From Patescibacteria group bacterium (GTDB lineage Bacteria > Patescibacteriota > Patescibacteriia > UBA1558 > GWA2-36-10): DNA of 64,000 bases. Numbering within the stretch: the first letter of the stretch is position 1; each line of letters begins with the position of its first letter. The DNA lies in contig JBAZKN010000004.1 of NCBI GenBank assembly GCA_041650755.1, forward strand, positions 4,624 through 68,623. Reading direction: 5' to 3'. The translations under genes and the position numbers were made by a program. Shown piece after piece: positions 1 through 8,896 of the stretch. The notes under the pieces are model-generated. The model was not told the DNA's origin. It saw only the letters and a list, made by a program, of their open reading frames with translations, and made no database searches.

Positions 1-781
1 AATATCGAAATTAGACACAATTTTTCCGCCCCAGAAAGAGATGCAATTATTTTTTATAGCAGCGCTTGAGGGCTATCTTAGCAATAGTGTATATAAAGAT
101 ATATTTGAAGCGCTCAAAAAGGTATATTGGGACGCCATAGTATTATTAGGAAAAAATCAAGATAAGGCTGGTTATAGAGTAGCTGATATTGATGAGCGTT
201 TGCCTCAGCATTTAATGGTGGTTTATATTCGCGATTCAAAACACGATGACCTAATACAACATTTCTTTTCGGATGCTCCGGCTAAAGTCCGGGGGCAGGC
301 TATTAATTTCCTGGGTAGAGTAATTCTGCGCGAGGTTTCTGGTTACGCAGATAAAGAAATTGTTGTTGAGAGAATCGGTAAGCTTTGGGATCAGAGAATT
401 TCTTCCTCTGGAACTACCGAGACCGAAGAACTTCAAGAGTTTGGATGGTGGTTTAAACAGAGTCCTTTTGGTCGCAAAAATACTATTGATAGGCTCTTGA
501 AAACCCTAAATGTCTCTAAGGGAATCATTGATGTCGCTTACGAAATTATTGAGGAGCTGCAAGAATATGCCCCCGAACTTCCTATAGAAACTATTACGGT
601 ATTAGATTTGATAGCTCGTGCCGAGCGAGAATATCATGAATTTTCTTATAAAAAAGAGGAATACAAGGAAATTATTCGCCGAGTAAAAGCGACTGGGAAT
701 GAAGAGGCGATCCAAAAAGCTAATGAACTGATTAATTTTTTGGGATCAAAAGGGTTTATTGAATTCAGAGAATTACTATAA
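1..781 (+). CDS. C-terminal part of a large helical hypothetical protein (probably 5'-truncated by the window edge)
   Basis: ORF track 41..781; the frame is open back to the window start; no recognisable motif. Confidence 0.6.
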   Translation, partial: ISKLDTIFPPQKEMQLFFIAALEGYLSNSVYKDIFEALKKVYWDAIVLLGKNQDKAGYRVADIDERLPQHLMVVYIRDSKHDDLIQHFFSDAPAKVRGQAINFLGRVILREVSGYADKEIVVERIGKLWDQRISSSGTTETEELQEFGWWFKQSPFGRKNTIDRLLKTLNVSKGIIDVAYEIIEELQEYAPELPIETITVLDLIARAEREYHEFSYKKEEYKEIIRRVKATGNEEAIQKANELINFLGSKGFIEFRELL

Positions 782-786
782 ATTTA

Positions 787-2339
787 TGGCTAATATAAAA
801 ATCCAAACTTCATCTGATATTGAATTTTCTAGGAACTTTACCATCGAAGATTTTAATAAAACGGTAAAGGATTTTGACCTAGTAGGTTCATTAATGTCTC
901 TGCAAAAATTAGGAGCGCTCATGGGAAATCAGGTTGCCGTAAATGTAAACTTGGAATTTGAATTCTATGCTTCACCTAAAATAAAACAGAGAGCCGGCAT
1001 GCTAACGAGGGATTTTGTTTCTTTTGCTGCAAAATACATTTTATTGAACTGCAAAAAACAAGAGCTACAGTACAATGATGTAGACTTGGCAAGTTTGGTT
1101 TATCTATATGGGAACTTGGAAATTGACCTTCATAAATTAAAATCCGGAGAAGAAACAAAAAAGAATGGCTGGCTTTGGGTCGTTAGGTCAACAAATCATC
1201 AATGGTATTATCTTAGATTTCACTCAAGCATTATTGCACGATATTATTGGATTTTTTCCAAAGTTTTTGAAAAAAACGAAATGCTTGGACAAAAATTGAA
1301 CCAAGCGTTGGATATGAATGTTTTTGATGCAATGAAGATTGGGACCTGCATCTACGCTAATTTCTGTCCACGAGAGGATGGTAAGTTTGCAACGTCGTTT
1401 TTGATGGATAGCTATACAAAAACTTCGATATTGGAATTAAGGCCATTGCTAACTGAACAAAATATCTTGAGATATTTTGATGTTTTTGCTATTACACAAA
1501 AACAGTTTCAAGAAGAAAACAAAAAGTTTGAGCTTGCGGATGACTCTTTGAAAAAGTACGAATTTAACCCTCTCAAAAGGTTCCCCGTAATCAAGACTGA
1601 TTCAGAAAAAAAGAATGAACAATATATAATCCCATCTCTCTCTGATTTTTTGTATGGCGCGTTTGAGGGCCTTTATTATGTTCTCTTAGATAAGTTGGAT
1701 GAGGCTGATAAAGCGACTTTACTTCAAGAAATTGGGAGTGTTTTCGAAATGTATATTGGAGAATTCTTAAAACAATACAACATTGATATTCTTAGTCGGG
1801 CTGTAATATTTCCGGAAAAAATATACAAAATTGGCTCCGATGAATGGAAGACCGTCGACTGGCTATTGGTTTCAGATGAGTACATTTTTCAGATTGAATG
1901 CAAGAAGAGAAAAATTGATACTTACTCGAAAGCAGGAATTCAAAGCGAGAATGGTACCGGTATTGATAATTTATTGGGAGATGTAGCTAAAGAGCTAGAT
2001 AAGATAGCTGAGAAAGAGAAACATATTAAGGAGAATAAAGTTGAGGGCGTAGCTTATAATGGCCAAAAAATTATTAATATGATTGTCTTTTTGGATGAAA
2101 TGTTTGGCATGAATGACTATGCTAGAGAGAAAATTAAAGAAAAGATGGAACAGCCTAGTAATAATTTTTATATATTTGGTTGCTGGGAATTTGAATTAAT
2201 ATGTCAGCAATCGAAAGACAAACAACAGAATTTGTTTTATTCAATTCAGGACTTAATCGCTGGTAGAGTAAATATTTATCACATTGATTTTCTTGATCGG
2301 GTTTACCATAATTTTTTTGATTCTATAAAAAGTACATAA
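787..2339 (+). CDS. Hypothetical protein with C-terminal PD-(D/E)xK/NERD-like nuclease motif
   Basis: ORF 759..2339, likely ATG at 787; motif FEMYIGE...VDWLL...IFQIECKK. Confidence 0.55.
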
Positions 2340-2364
2340 TAATCAAGGAACGGAAATTAATTAT

Positions 2365-3093
2365 ATGAATGGTGTTAAAAAATTTCTTAGGAGAACAGAA
2401 ACCAGTTTAATACAATTCTTTTTGTATGTTGGGGCTTTAATATATCTATTGGTAACGGGCCATGGCTGGCTTTCGGTTGTCTTCGTCCATCTCTTTTTTG
2501 TGGTTATCTATGGCATTATTTATTTCAGAGAAGATTTTTTATTGTTTTTCCTTTCGCCTGTAACGGCAATAATTTTCCCCATCCAAAATTACCTTTTAAG
2601 AAAATATTTAAAAAAATTTAAACAAAATATTCCAACAGAGGCGGTTATTGTTTTAGGGCGATCTGACTGGTTCAAGCTTGAAGCTTGGATTAAACATAAC
2701 TTTCTCAAGAGTGAAATTGAATCACTTATTAGATACTTGAAAGCAAAAGGCCAGGATTTTTCCTTTTACCCAGATGCAGATTTAAAGGATATTGAAAAAA
2801 TTATGAGTGATAAGAATATAAAAGAAGTGTATTTTTTCGGACACGGGACTTCGCATGTATTTCAACTGAGTGCCGATAATTATTTATATTATTGTGATTT
2901 TAATGATCAGCATAAATATGGGAAAGAATTTGTCCACCAGGTACACTGTGGCACCTCGGACGGAAAAAGCTTAGTTGATTATGTCGTTCCTAAAGAAAAC
3001 CAAAATGGATGCTTTCTTTTCAGAAAACCTATAAATTCCTTTGACATTCAAAAGGAGTTCAAAAGAAGGACTAAAAACTTAATAAAAAAATGA
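2365..3093 (+). CDS. Membrane-anchored protein with possible clan CD (caspase/CHAT-like) His-Cys dyad
   Basis: N-terminal TM helices; VYFFGHG and QVHCG motifs. Confidence 0.45.
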   Translation: MNGVKKFLRRTETSLIQFFLYVGALIYLLVTGHGWLSVVFVHLFFVVIYGIIYFREDFLLFFLSPVTAIIFPIQNYLLRKYLKKFKQNIPTEAVIVLGRSDWFKLEAWIKHNFLKSEIESLIRYLKAKGQDFSFYPDADLKDIEKIMSDKNIKEVYFFGHGTSHVFQLSADNYLYYCDFNDQHKYGKEFVHQVHCGTSDGKSLVDYVVPKENQNGCFLFRKPINSFDIQKEFKRRTKNLIKK

Positions 3094-4001
3094 AAACTTT
3101 TACTGTTAACGATATAGATAGTCTCCAAAAGGAATTTTACCAGATGTACGATCCGGATTATTGGCTATACAGAATAATGCTTTTGAAGAACTCCCACGAC
3201 GATTTCGATCAACTCAAGTCAAGCTTAACAAAAAATACAGAAAAGACAATTGATAAAGATTTTAGACGGGTAATGCGGACCGAAATGCATTTTCTTTACT
3301 TTCAAATGATTGAAACTTTGTTCGAGATAATCTTTGCTGTTTCGGAAAGTGATAATCGGGATTTATGGTTAGCGCTCACCTTTTCTGATTTTAGGAATAA
3401 TTACAAAAAGATTGCGGAGTTAAACGACCGATCTGAAATTTTTATTGAGAGGATAAAGACCGAAGTAGATGGAAAGCAAACGGAAGTTCCTGCCCTAAGA
3501 TGGATTTTTTATTTTATTTATCCGTCGAAGTTAAGCGATGGGGACTGGATAAAAAATTTAGAAAATATCAAGCGATTGCTTTTGACTTTTGCTCGGGACT
3601 TTTCTGACAGAGGAGAATATAACGCCTATAAACATTCGCTCCGTTTCTATAACTCTCCGTTTTCTATGGCTATCGGTATAACCGGTAGCAAACAAACGCA
3701 TTCGTTGGGTTCGTCTGAAGATTGCATTACATTCCTTGAGGAGCAGAAAAAGATAGATTCAGATGGTAAATTGCAGGCTACCGGCCAAATCATGAGGACC
3801 CAAAAACCCTTTGACTTTCAAAGGGATTATGAGAGATGTATTTTAATCTATGCTATGATTAAAAATATCATCTATACCAGAAAATATACGATCTTAAATG
3901 AGCTACACGGCCAGAATTTCGCAATGGCCAATTTTGTTGATTTGGATTTTTATAAGACTGCTTTTTCTGGGGGCGTAACGAAGTCTAGCTTTACTGCTTA
4001 G
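3090..4001 (+). CDS. Hypothetical protein, possible HEPN-like fold
   Basis: 303 aa ORF; YNAYKH motif. Confidence 0.45.
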   Translation: MKTFTVNDIDSLQKEFYQMYDPDYWLYRIMLLKNSHDDFDQLKSSLTKNTEKTIDKDFRRVMRTEMHFLYFQMIETLFEIIFAVSESDNRDLWLALTFSDFRNNYKKIAELNDRSEIFIERIKTEVDGKQTEVPALRWIFYFIYPSKLSDGDWIKNLENIKRLLLTFARDFSDRGEYNAYKHSLRFYNSPFSMAIGITGSKQTHSLGSSEDCITFLEEQKKIDSDGKLQATGQIMRTQKPFDFQRDYERCILIYAMIKNIIYTRKYTILNELHGQNFAMANFVDLDFYKTAFSGGVTKSSFTA

Positions 4002-4002
4002 G

Positions 4003-4119
4003 TTACTCAATCCAATCAAACGGCGACTCATGGCGGAGCATTTTGACGGCCGCGTCCATTTCGTAGGAGTGCCAGCCGTTCATGATTACGGTTCTAAGTT
4101 CACGCACGGCTCTGAGCCA
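4003..4119 (-). pseudogene. Start-less GC-richer coding remnant, possibly a recombinase C-terminal tail or att scar
   Basis: Reads WLRAVRELRTVIMNGW...WIE*; + strand 4090-4119 resembles a degenerate tRNA 3' end (GGTTC...CCA). Confidence 0.3.
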
Positions 4120-4349
4120 ACAAAAAAAATGTAACGGATAATTTTTTAAGCATGATTTTAATTTTATAAATATAAACTAAAGATGGCTACCATCTTGTTA
4201 ACTACTAACCAGGCTAAACCGCTATGATCATACCCAAATTGGTAGTTAACAAAAATTAATCAAAAACTGCCTACGCTATAATGGCAACAACCGATATTAA
4301 AATTATTTTTAAAACGAAACCATTTATAAAGAACCAAAAATTCTTATTT

Positions 4350-5633
4350 TTATCCAAACATTAACCATTCCGGCCTAAATATCAACATCAACCCAATTAA
4401 CAGCATTACCAGGCCTCCTATAAGGCGAGAAATTCTGGCATATTTTGTGGTTACTCCCACCATCTCAAGCGTTATCATGGCTACAAAGAAGATAAATAAG
4501 TCATCCAACATGAAAAAAAAGATATACAACAAAATATAAAGATAGTATTGCCATCCGACCATTTGGTTTAATGCCAAAACTTGAGTATACACCGCTGGCA
4601 GACCGGCAGAACAAATAAGCTCCACCAAATTAACGGCAAAAGCTAAAATAATAATTCCCCCCATGGCCAACCACAAACTATTTTGCTGTATCGCCAGCTT
4701 CATCCTTTTAAAAACTTCCTGCCTCTTTTCATTCCCAGCCACCTTACACCCGCTTTCTTTATTAAATAAAAATTCTTTAAGACTATAGCCTCCCCCAAAA
4801 ATCGCCAATAATCCTATCACTATTCTAATCCAGATGACAAACCCCAAAAAAAGAATAAGATTCAGCCAAGCCGACATAAATAAAAAATATACCAAAGCAG
4901 AGGCAATAATGAAGACTGTGCCCAATATCCACATTCGTTTTCTATTTTGCATGCCTAGTAATAGGCTAATCAGAAATAGGAGTGTCCACATGGCACAAGG
5001 ATTAAAGCCATCCAACGCTCCCATGGTTATAGTCAAAATTGGCAATGAAAAATTTAGAATATTAATTTCACCAAATAATGGCAATTTTATATTTTTTTCG
5101 GTTGGCTCCTTGATGGGCTTCGAGGTATTGTCTGGTAAGATTTGATCATCATTGGGCGACTCTGCCTTATTTTGCCCACCAGTGATATCCCCCGCCATTT
5201 TTTTTTCTTGAAATTCTAAATTATTTATTCCAACAATAGAAGAAATCGGGTCGGGGCACTTTTCTAAAGAACACTGTTTTACTTGTTGCTCTATCATCTG
5301 CGGGCTAATACCGTCAGCATAACCGACAAAATGATTATCACTGATAACCAAAAACGGCACACCGTCCACACCTACACCCAATTTTTCTGCAGTTTTTTGT
5401 AGTAAAAGGGCATTTTCTTGACTGTTGTATATTTCATATTCATAAATTTGCAAATTAGGATATTTTCCCTTTAAAACATCAAGAAGATACTGCCTCTCCC
5501 GGGCACAATGGGGGCAGCCATCACCATAAAAAAAATAAACGTTGACTGGAATATTTTGAGCGAAAACCGCTTGAGCTGAAAAAGACAAAACAAATAGCAA
5601 TGCCCCTAATGTTTTTTTAACTATTAATTTCAT
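4350..5633 (-). CDS. Thioredoxin/glutaredoxin-like domain fused to DsbD/CcdA-like membrane domain
   Basis: Signal peptide, CPHC motif, DGFNPCA and ELICSAG TM cysteine motifs. Confidence 0.8.
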   Translation of the reverse strand: MKLIVKKTLGALLFVLSFSAQAVFAQNIPVNVYFFYGDGCPHCARERQYLLDVLKGKYPNLQIYEYEIYNSQENALLLQKTAEKLGVGVDGVPFLVISDNHFVGYADGISPQMIEQQVKQCSLEKCPDPISSIVGINNLEFQEKKMAGDITGGQNKAESPNDDQILPDNTSKPIKEPTEKNIKLPLFGEINILNFSLPILTITMGALDGFNPCAMWTLLFLISLLLGMQNRKRMWILGTVFIIASALVYFLFMSAWLNLILFLGFVIWIRIVIGLLAIFGGGYSLKEFLFNKESGCKVAGNEKRQEVFKRMKLAIQQNSLWLAMGGIIILAFAVNLVELICSAGLPAVYTQVLALNQMVGWQYYLYILLYIFFFMLDDLFIFFVAMITLEMVGVTTKYARISRLIGGLVMLLIGLMLIFRPEWLMFG

Positions 5634-5636
5634 AGT

Positions 5637-5906
5637 TTATCTTTCCTTGTTTTGATTGATGATTTCAATCAATTCCTTTTTATCTATTTCGCCGGCTAAA
5701 CGCATAAATTCCTTGCCGTCTTTATCTAAAAATATAAAAATCGGCAACACATTAGTAATCTTATACTTTTTTACCATTTCTTTATCTTGATCGAAATCAT
5801 AGTATTCGTTCTCTAGCCATGGATTTTCCGTTTCTATATCTTTCCATCTTGGCTTCATTACCAAACACCCTGGACACCACACTGCACCAAATTTTAGTAC
5901 TTTCAT
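5637..5906 (-). CDS. Thioredoxin family protein
   Basis: WCPGC active-site motif, 89 aa. Confidence 0.85.
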   Translation of the reverse strand: MKVLKFGAVWCPGCLVMKPRWKDIETENPWLENEYYDFDQDKEMVKKYKITNVLPIFIFLDKDGKEFMRLAGEIDKKELIEIINQNKER

Positions 5907-5912
5907 ATTTTA

Positions 5913-6188
5913 TTATTTAATAATTTGAATCGCCTTACCATTGACAAGGGCGTCGGCGATTTTCTTATAAGAAGAATATAAAATTCTCTGATAAGTGCTG
6001 GTTGATGTTTTCATTTTTTTGGCTGCCTCCTGTTGCTCCAGATCAATTAAATGACGAAGTCTGTAAGCATCCATTTCCTCGGCGGTTAATTCTACAATCT
6101 CAAGTTTTCTCATGGGCACACCTCGAGGCTTAAAATATGTCACATTAGGATCAAATTCTACATGTCTGCAAAGTCTTGGTCTGGGCAT
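5913..6188 (-). CDS. DUF134 family HTH DNA-binding protein
   Basis: MPRPR...YFKPRGVP...QQEAAKKM...KKIADALVNGK. Confidence 0.85.
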   Translation of the reverse strand: MPRPRLCRHVEFDPNVTYFKPRGVPMRKLEIVELTAEEMDAYRLRHLIDLEQQEAAKKMKTSTSTYQRILYSSYKKIADALVNGKAIQIIK

Positions 6189-6232
6189 AGTTGTTGAAAA
6201 ATTATATTAAATTTGATATTGTATATTTGTAA

Positions 6233-6284
6233 AAGAAGGCTGCGCCGGCCTCTTTACTAGAAGAGGCCGGTTTCCTCGCCTTCT
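6233..6284. terminator. GC-rich stem-loop between DUF5320 and DUF134 genes
   Basis: CCGGCCTCTT-TACTAG-AAGAGGCCGG inside an outer AAGAAGGC/GCCTTCTT pair. Confidence 0.5.
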
Positions 6285-6285
6285 T

Positions 6286-6531
6286 TTACTTTTGACCTTT
6301 TAGGGATTCTTTCTCGGCCTTAACGGCTTCCAGTTCTTTTAAAAGCATCTTTTCCTCATCCTCCAAAGCTTGAAGTTGATTTTTAGGAGAACGAAAAAAT
6401 CTCCCAAATCCAACACCCCGGCCCTGTCCGCGGCCGCACCAACCCGCTCTTATTCCTCCTCCGCAAGGACCCATACCACGGCCGGTCATTGGACCTTGAC
6501 CCATAGGACCCGTCCCATCCATTCTTGCCAT
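6286..6531 (-). CDS. DUF5320 family Gly/Arg-rich protein
   Basis: DGTGPMGQGPMTGRGMGPC N-terminus plus C-terminal coiled coil. Confidence 0.85.
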   Translation of the reverse strand: MARMDGTGPMGQGPMTGRGMGPCGGGIRAGWCGRGQGRGVGFGRFFRSPKNQLQALEDEEKMLLKELEAVKAEKESLKGQK

Positions 6532-6586
6532 ATTTATATCTATTAATCAATTTGTTAATGGGTAACTCGACCTTTATACGTTACCT

Positions 6587-6621
6587 ATTATGAGTATATA
6601 CCCATAATTATTTTATGTCAA
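6587..6621 (-). promoter_or_regulatory. Sigma70 promoter overlapped by a palindromic operator
   Basis: Minus strand TTGACA-N17-TATACT; 22-bp near-palindrome ATTATGAGTATATACCCATAAT centred on the -10. Confidence 0.7.
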
Positions 6622-6835
6622 ATTCCCTAAATATCATTCTAAAAATCCGTAAATAAGATAATACGTAAAAACAGTAAGCTTGTAAAAATTACGTACCTTA
6701 ATTTTACTAAAAACAACTAGAGAAAGCAACGCCCCAACATTGAGCCACTTAGTAATACTTTATACTAAATTAATCAACAATATAAAAATTTCATAGACAC
6801 TACATAAGGCTAAAAAAATGTGTTATGATTTACTT

Positions 6836-8047
6836 ATGCGCAAAATATTATTCGCTACATTATTATTCTGCCTATTGGTCCCCCACTCGAGTCTAGCGGC
6901 TGGGCTAAATTTAGCCCAAAAATATGCCGGTAAATTTATTATCCAGAGCGAAAGTTATGACCGCTTATGGTATATTGATCCTCAAGAAAAAACCCGCTAT
7001 GTCTTGCGCGATGCCCAAGGAATCATGGACTTTTTCCGACAAAAAGCTACCGGCATCAGCAACAAAGATTTGGCTAAAATAAAAACCGCCGCTAAACAAA
7101 GCTACAATGTCAAACTAACCAATCGTTTTCGGGGAAAATTTTTACTAGCCGCAGAAAATAATGGGGAGATCTGGTATGTCGACCCAGATACTGGCATCAG
7201 ATATTTTCTCAAGGATGGGCAAGCAGCTTATGATTTTTTTGTAAACCGGGCTATTAAATTAAAAAATAATAATTTAAAAAAAATCGCCATAAGCAGCCAG
7301 CAAATTACTCCAAGCTATACTTTCGACAACGTCGCTTATGCTGTCTATAATGATGGTGTTTTCCAGGCAGGCTTGTATAGCAATGATATATTGCCCATTG
7401 CTTCTTTATCAAAACTTATGACCGCCTTAGTACTTTTGGATACCAAGCCAGATTGGCAAAAGAAAATCACCATTACTCCTGAACAAATTAATTATCCAAA
7501 AATTTACGTAGGCAATGACGTAACCTCGGAGGTCAATATTGCCAGCGGGCAAACTATATCTTTTTATGATCTATGGGTGGCTATGCTTTTAGCCTCATCA
7601 AATCAGTCGGCTGTGGCTTTGGCTGAATCCACCGGCCTATCCCGTCAGGACTTTGTGGATAAGATGAATGCCAAGTCTGCTGCTTTGGGCTTGCGTAAAA
7701 CAATCTTTTATGACATTGCCGGGCTAGATGAAGGCAATGCTTCCACGGCCAGAGAAATGGCCCAAATTGCCATAGCTGCTTTTGCTCACCCAGAAATTGC
7801 CGAAGCAACTGCCAAAAATCAGTACACGCTAAATATACTAAATACTGATGGCACCAATACTACCTGTGAAGCAATCAATCGCAACACCAGTTTGATGGCC
7901 TTTGGGCCCGAAGCAGCCAAAAGCGGCTACCTGGTAGAAGCCCAGCGCACCGCTGTACTAAAAAAAGACCCGCAAATCATCGCCATTCTACATGCCAACA
8001 GCATGCAGGAAAGAAATAAAATAATTGCTAAATATTTAGGACAATAA
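6836..8047 (+). CDS. D-alanyl-D-alanine carboxypeptidase (peptidase S11) with N-terminal CPR-type repeat domain
   Basis: SLSK, SSN and KSG penicillin-binding motifs; two WY(I/V)DP repeats; ATG 6 nt after TG-n-TATGAT. Confidence 0.8.
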   Translation: MRKILFATLLFCLLVPHSSLAAGLNLAQKYAGKFIIQSESYDRLWYIDPQEKTRYVLRDAQGIMDFFRQKATGISNKDLAKIKTAAKQSYNVKLTNRFRGKFLLAAENNGEIWYVDPDTGIRYFLKDGQAAYDFFVNRAIKLKNNNLKKIAISSQQITPSYTFDNVAYAVYNDGVFQAGLYSNDILPIASLSKLMTALVLLDTKPDWQKKITITPEQINYPKIYVGNDVTSEVNIASGQTISFYDLWVAMLLASSNQSAVALAESTGLSRQDFVDKMNAKSAALGLRKTIFYDIAGLDEGNASTAREMAQIAIAAFAHPEIAEATAKNQYTLNILNTDGTNTTCEAINRNTSLMAFGPEAAKSGYLVEAQRTAVLKKDPQIIAILHANSMQERNKIIAKYLGQ

Positions 8048-8067
8048 AAAAATAATTTCTGGTTTTG

Positions 8068-8100
8068 AAATAAAAAAGACCGTTTCCGCAGAAACGGCCT
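8068..8100 (-). terminator. Intrinsic terminator of GC cassette A
   Basis: AGGCCGTTTC-TGCG-GAAACGGTCT then T-run on minus strand. Confidence 0.8.
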
Positions 8101-8127
8101 GTGCGTGCGCGAAACCACGAGGGCCCG

Positions 8128-8679
8128 CTACATGGGAATGCGCTCTGACTTGAAAGGCGGAGCCTTGTCGTCGGGCACCGGCAGCTGCCAAGTCCAGAAG
8201 CTGGAGTCCTCCAGAGAGGCGAGAGTGTGTCGAGCCGAAGGATCGGCTATGTGCAGGGAACCGGGCAGCAAGATCGAGCTATTGCCCAGCAGCGCATCTC
8301 TGTCGCTGCTGCAAAACCGCGACAACATCTGTCGAACCTGCTCAACTGTCAAGGTCTCGTGCTCGACGGCCAACAAGGCACCCTCGATGACACAAGTGAT
8401 CTCCAGACAGGTGCCATTGTGGCCGTGAAACTCTTGCACACAACCACCGGGCAGAATGGTGTGGATAGCCTGAGCCTGGACATTGAGGCGACCGATGATC
8501 AGCCCCTTGAAATAGGACCTGACCTCCACGCCGCCCTTCTGAATCATCTGGACGACATGGAGCTCACCGCGGACATCGTCTGGCTGCAAACGACACGAGC
8601 GACCAATATCTTCCCTACCCAAGCGATGATCAATGACGAGCCAACCAAGAGGTGGTTGAGTATACAGCATCGAGCTCAT
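8128..8679 (-). CDS. GC-rich orphan protein (cassette A)
   Basis: 183 aa ORF; SD GGGAGGG at 8687-8693; promoter TTGACA(8755-8760)/TATAAT(8734-8739), 15-nt spacer; terminator downstream. Confidence 0.65.
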   Translation of the reverse strand: MSSMLYTQPPLGWLVIDHRLGREDIGRSCRLQPDDVRGELHVVQMIQKGGVEVRSYFKGLIIGRLNVQAQAIHTILPGGCVQEFHGHNGTCLEITCVIEGALLAVEHETLTVEQVRQMLSRFCSSDRDALLGNSSILLPGSLHIADPSARHTLASLEDSSFWTWQLPVPDDKAPPFKSERIPM

Positions 8680-8896
8680 TGCAACGCCCTCCCGTAAAGT
8701 TATTCTTGGAATGTTCGAACGTGGACATATTAAATTATAATATCTTTAGAAAATTGTCAATAATATCCAATGTTTTTTATATAGTCAAATGACTTTACTT
8801 TTTCTTTTAAAAATGGGAAAATTAAAATAGTTTCTAAGAGACATATCGGCTGCACTGGCAACAATCGTAAACTCAAACCCTGCCTCAAATAAAAAA

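Noticed and set aside
4130-4330. Degraded membrane-protein gene on the minus strand
   Set aside because: Hydrophobic-looking frame with several stops; too decayed to support a call
8105-8697. Plus-strand ORFs overlapping cassette A (and similar alternates in cassettes B, G, H, I)
   Set aside because: Promoter, SD and terminator all support one other frame; stop codons are rare in GC-rich DNA
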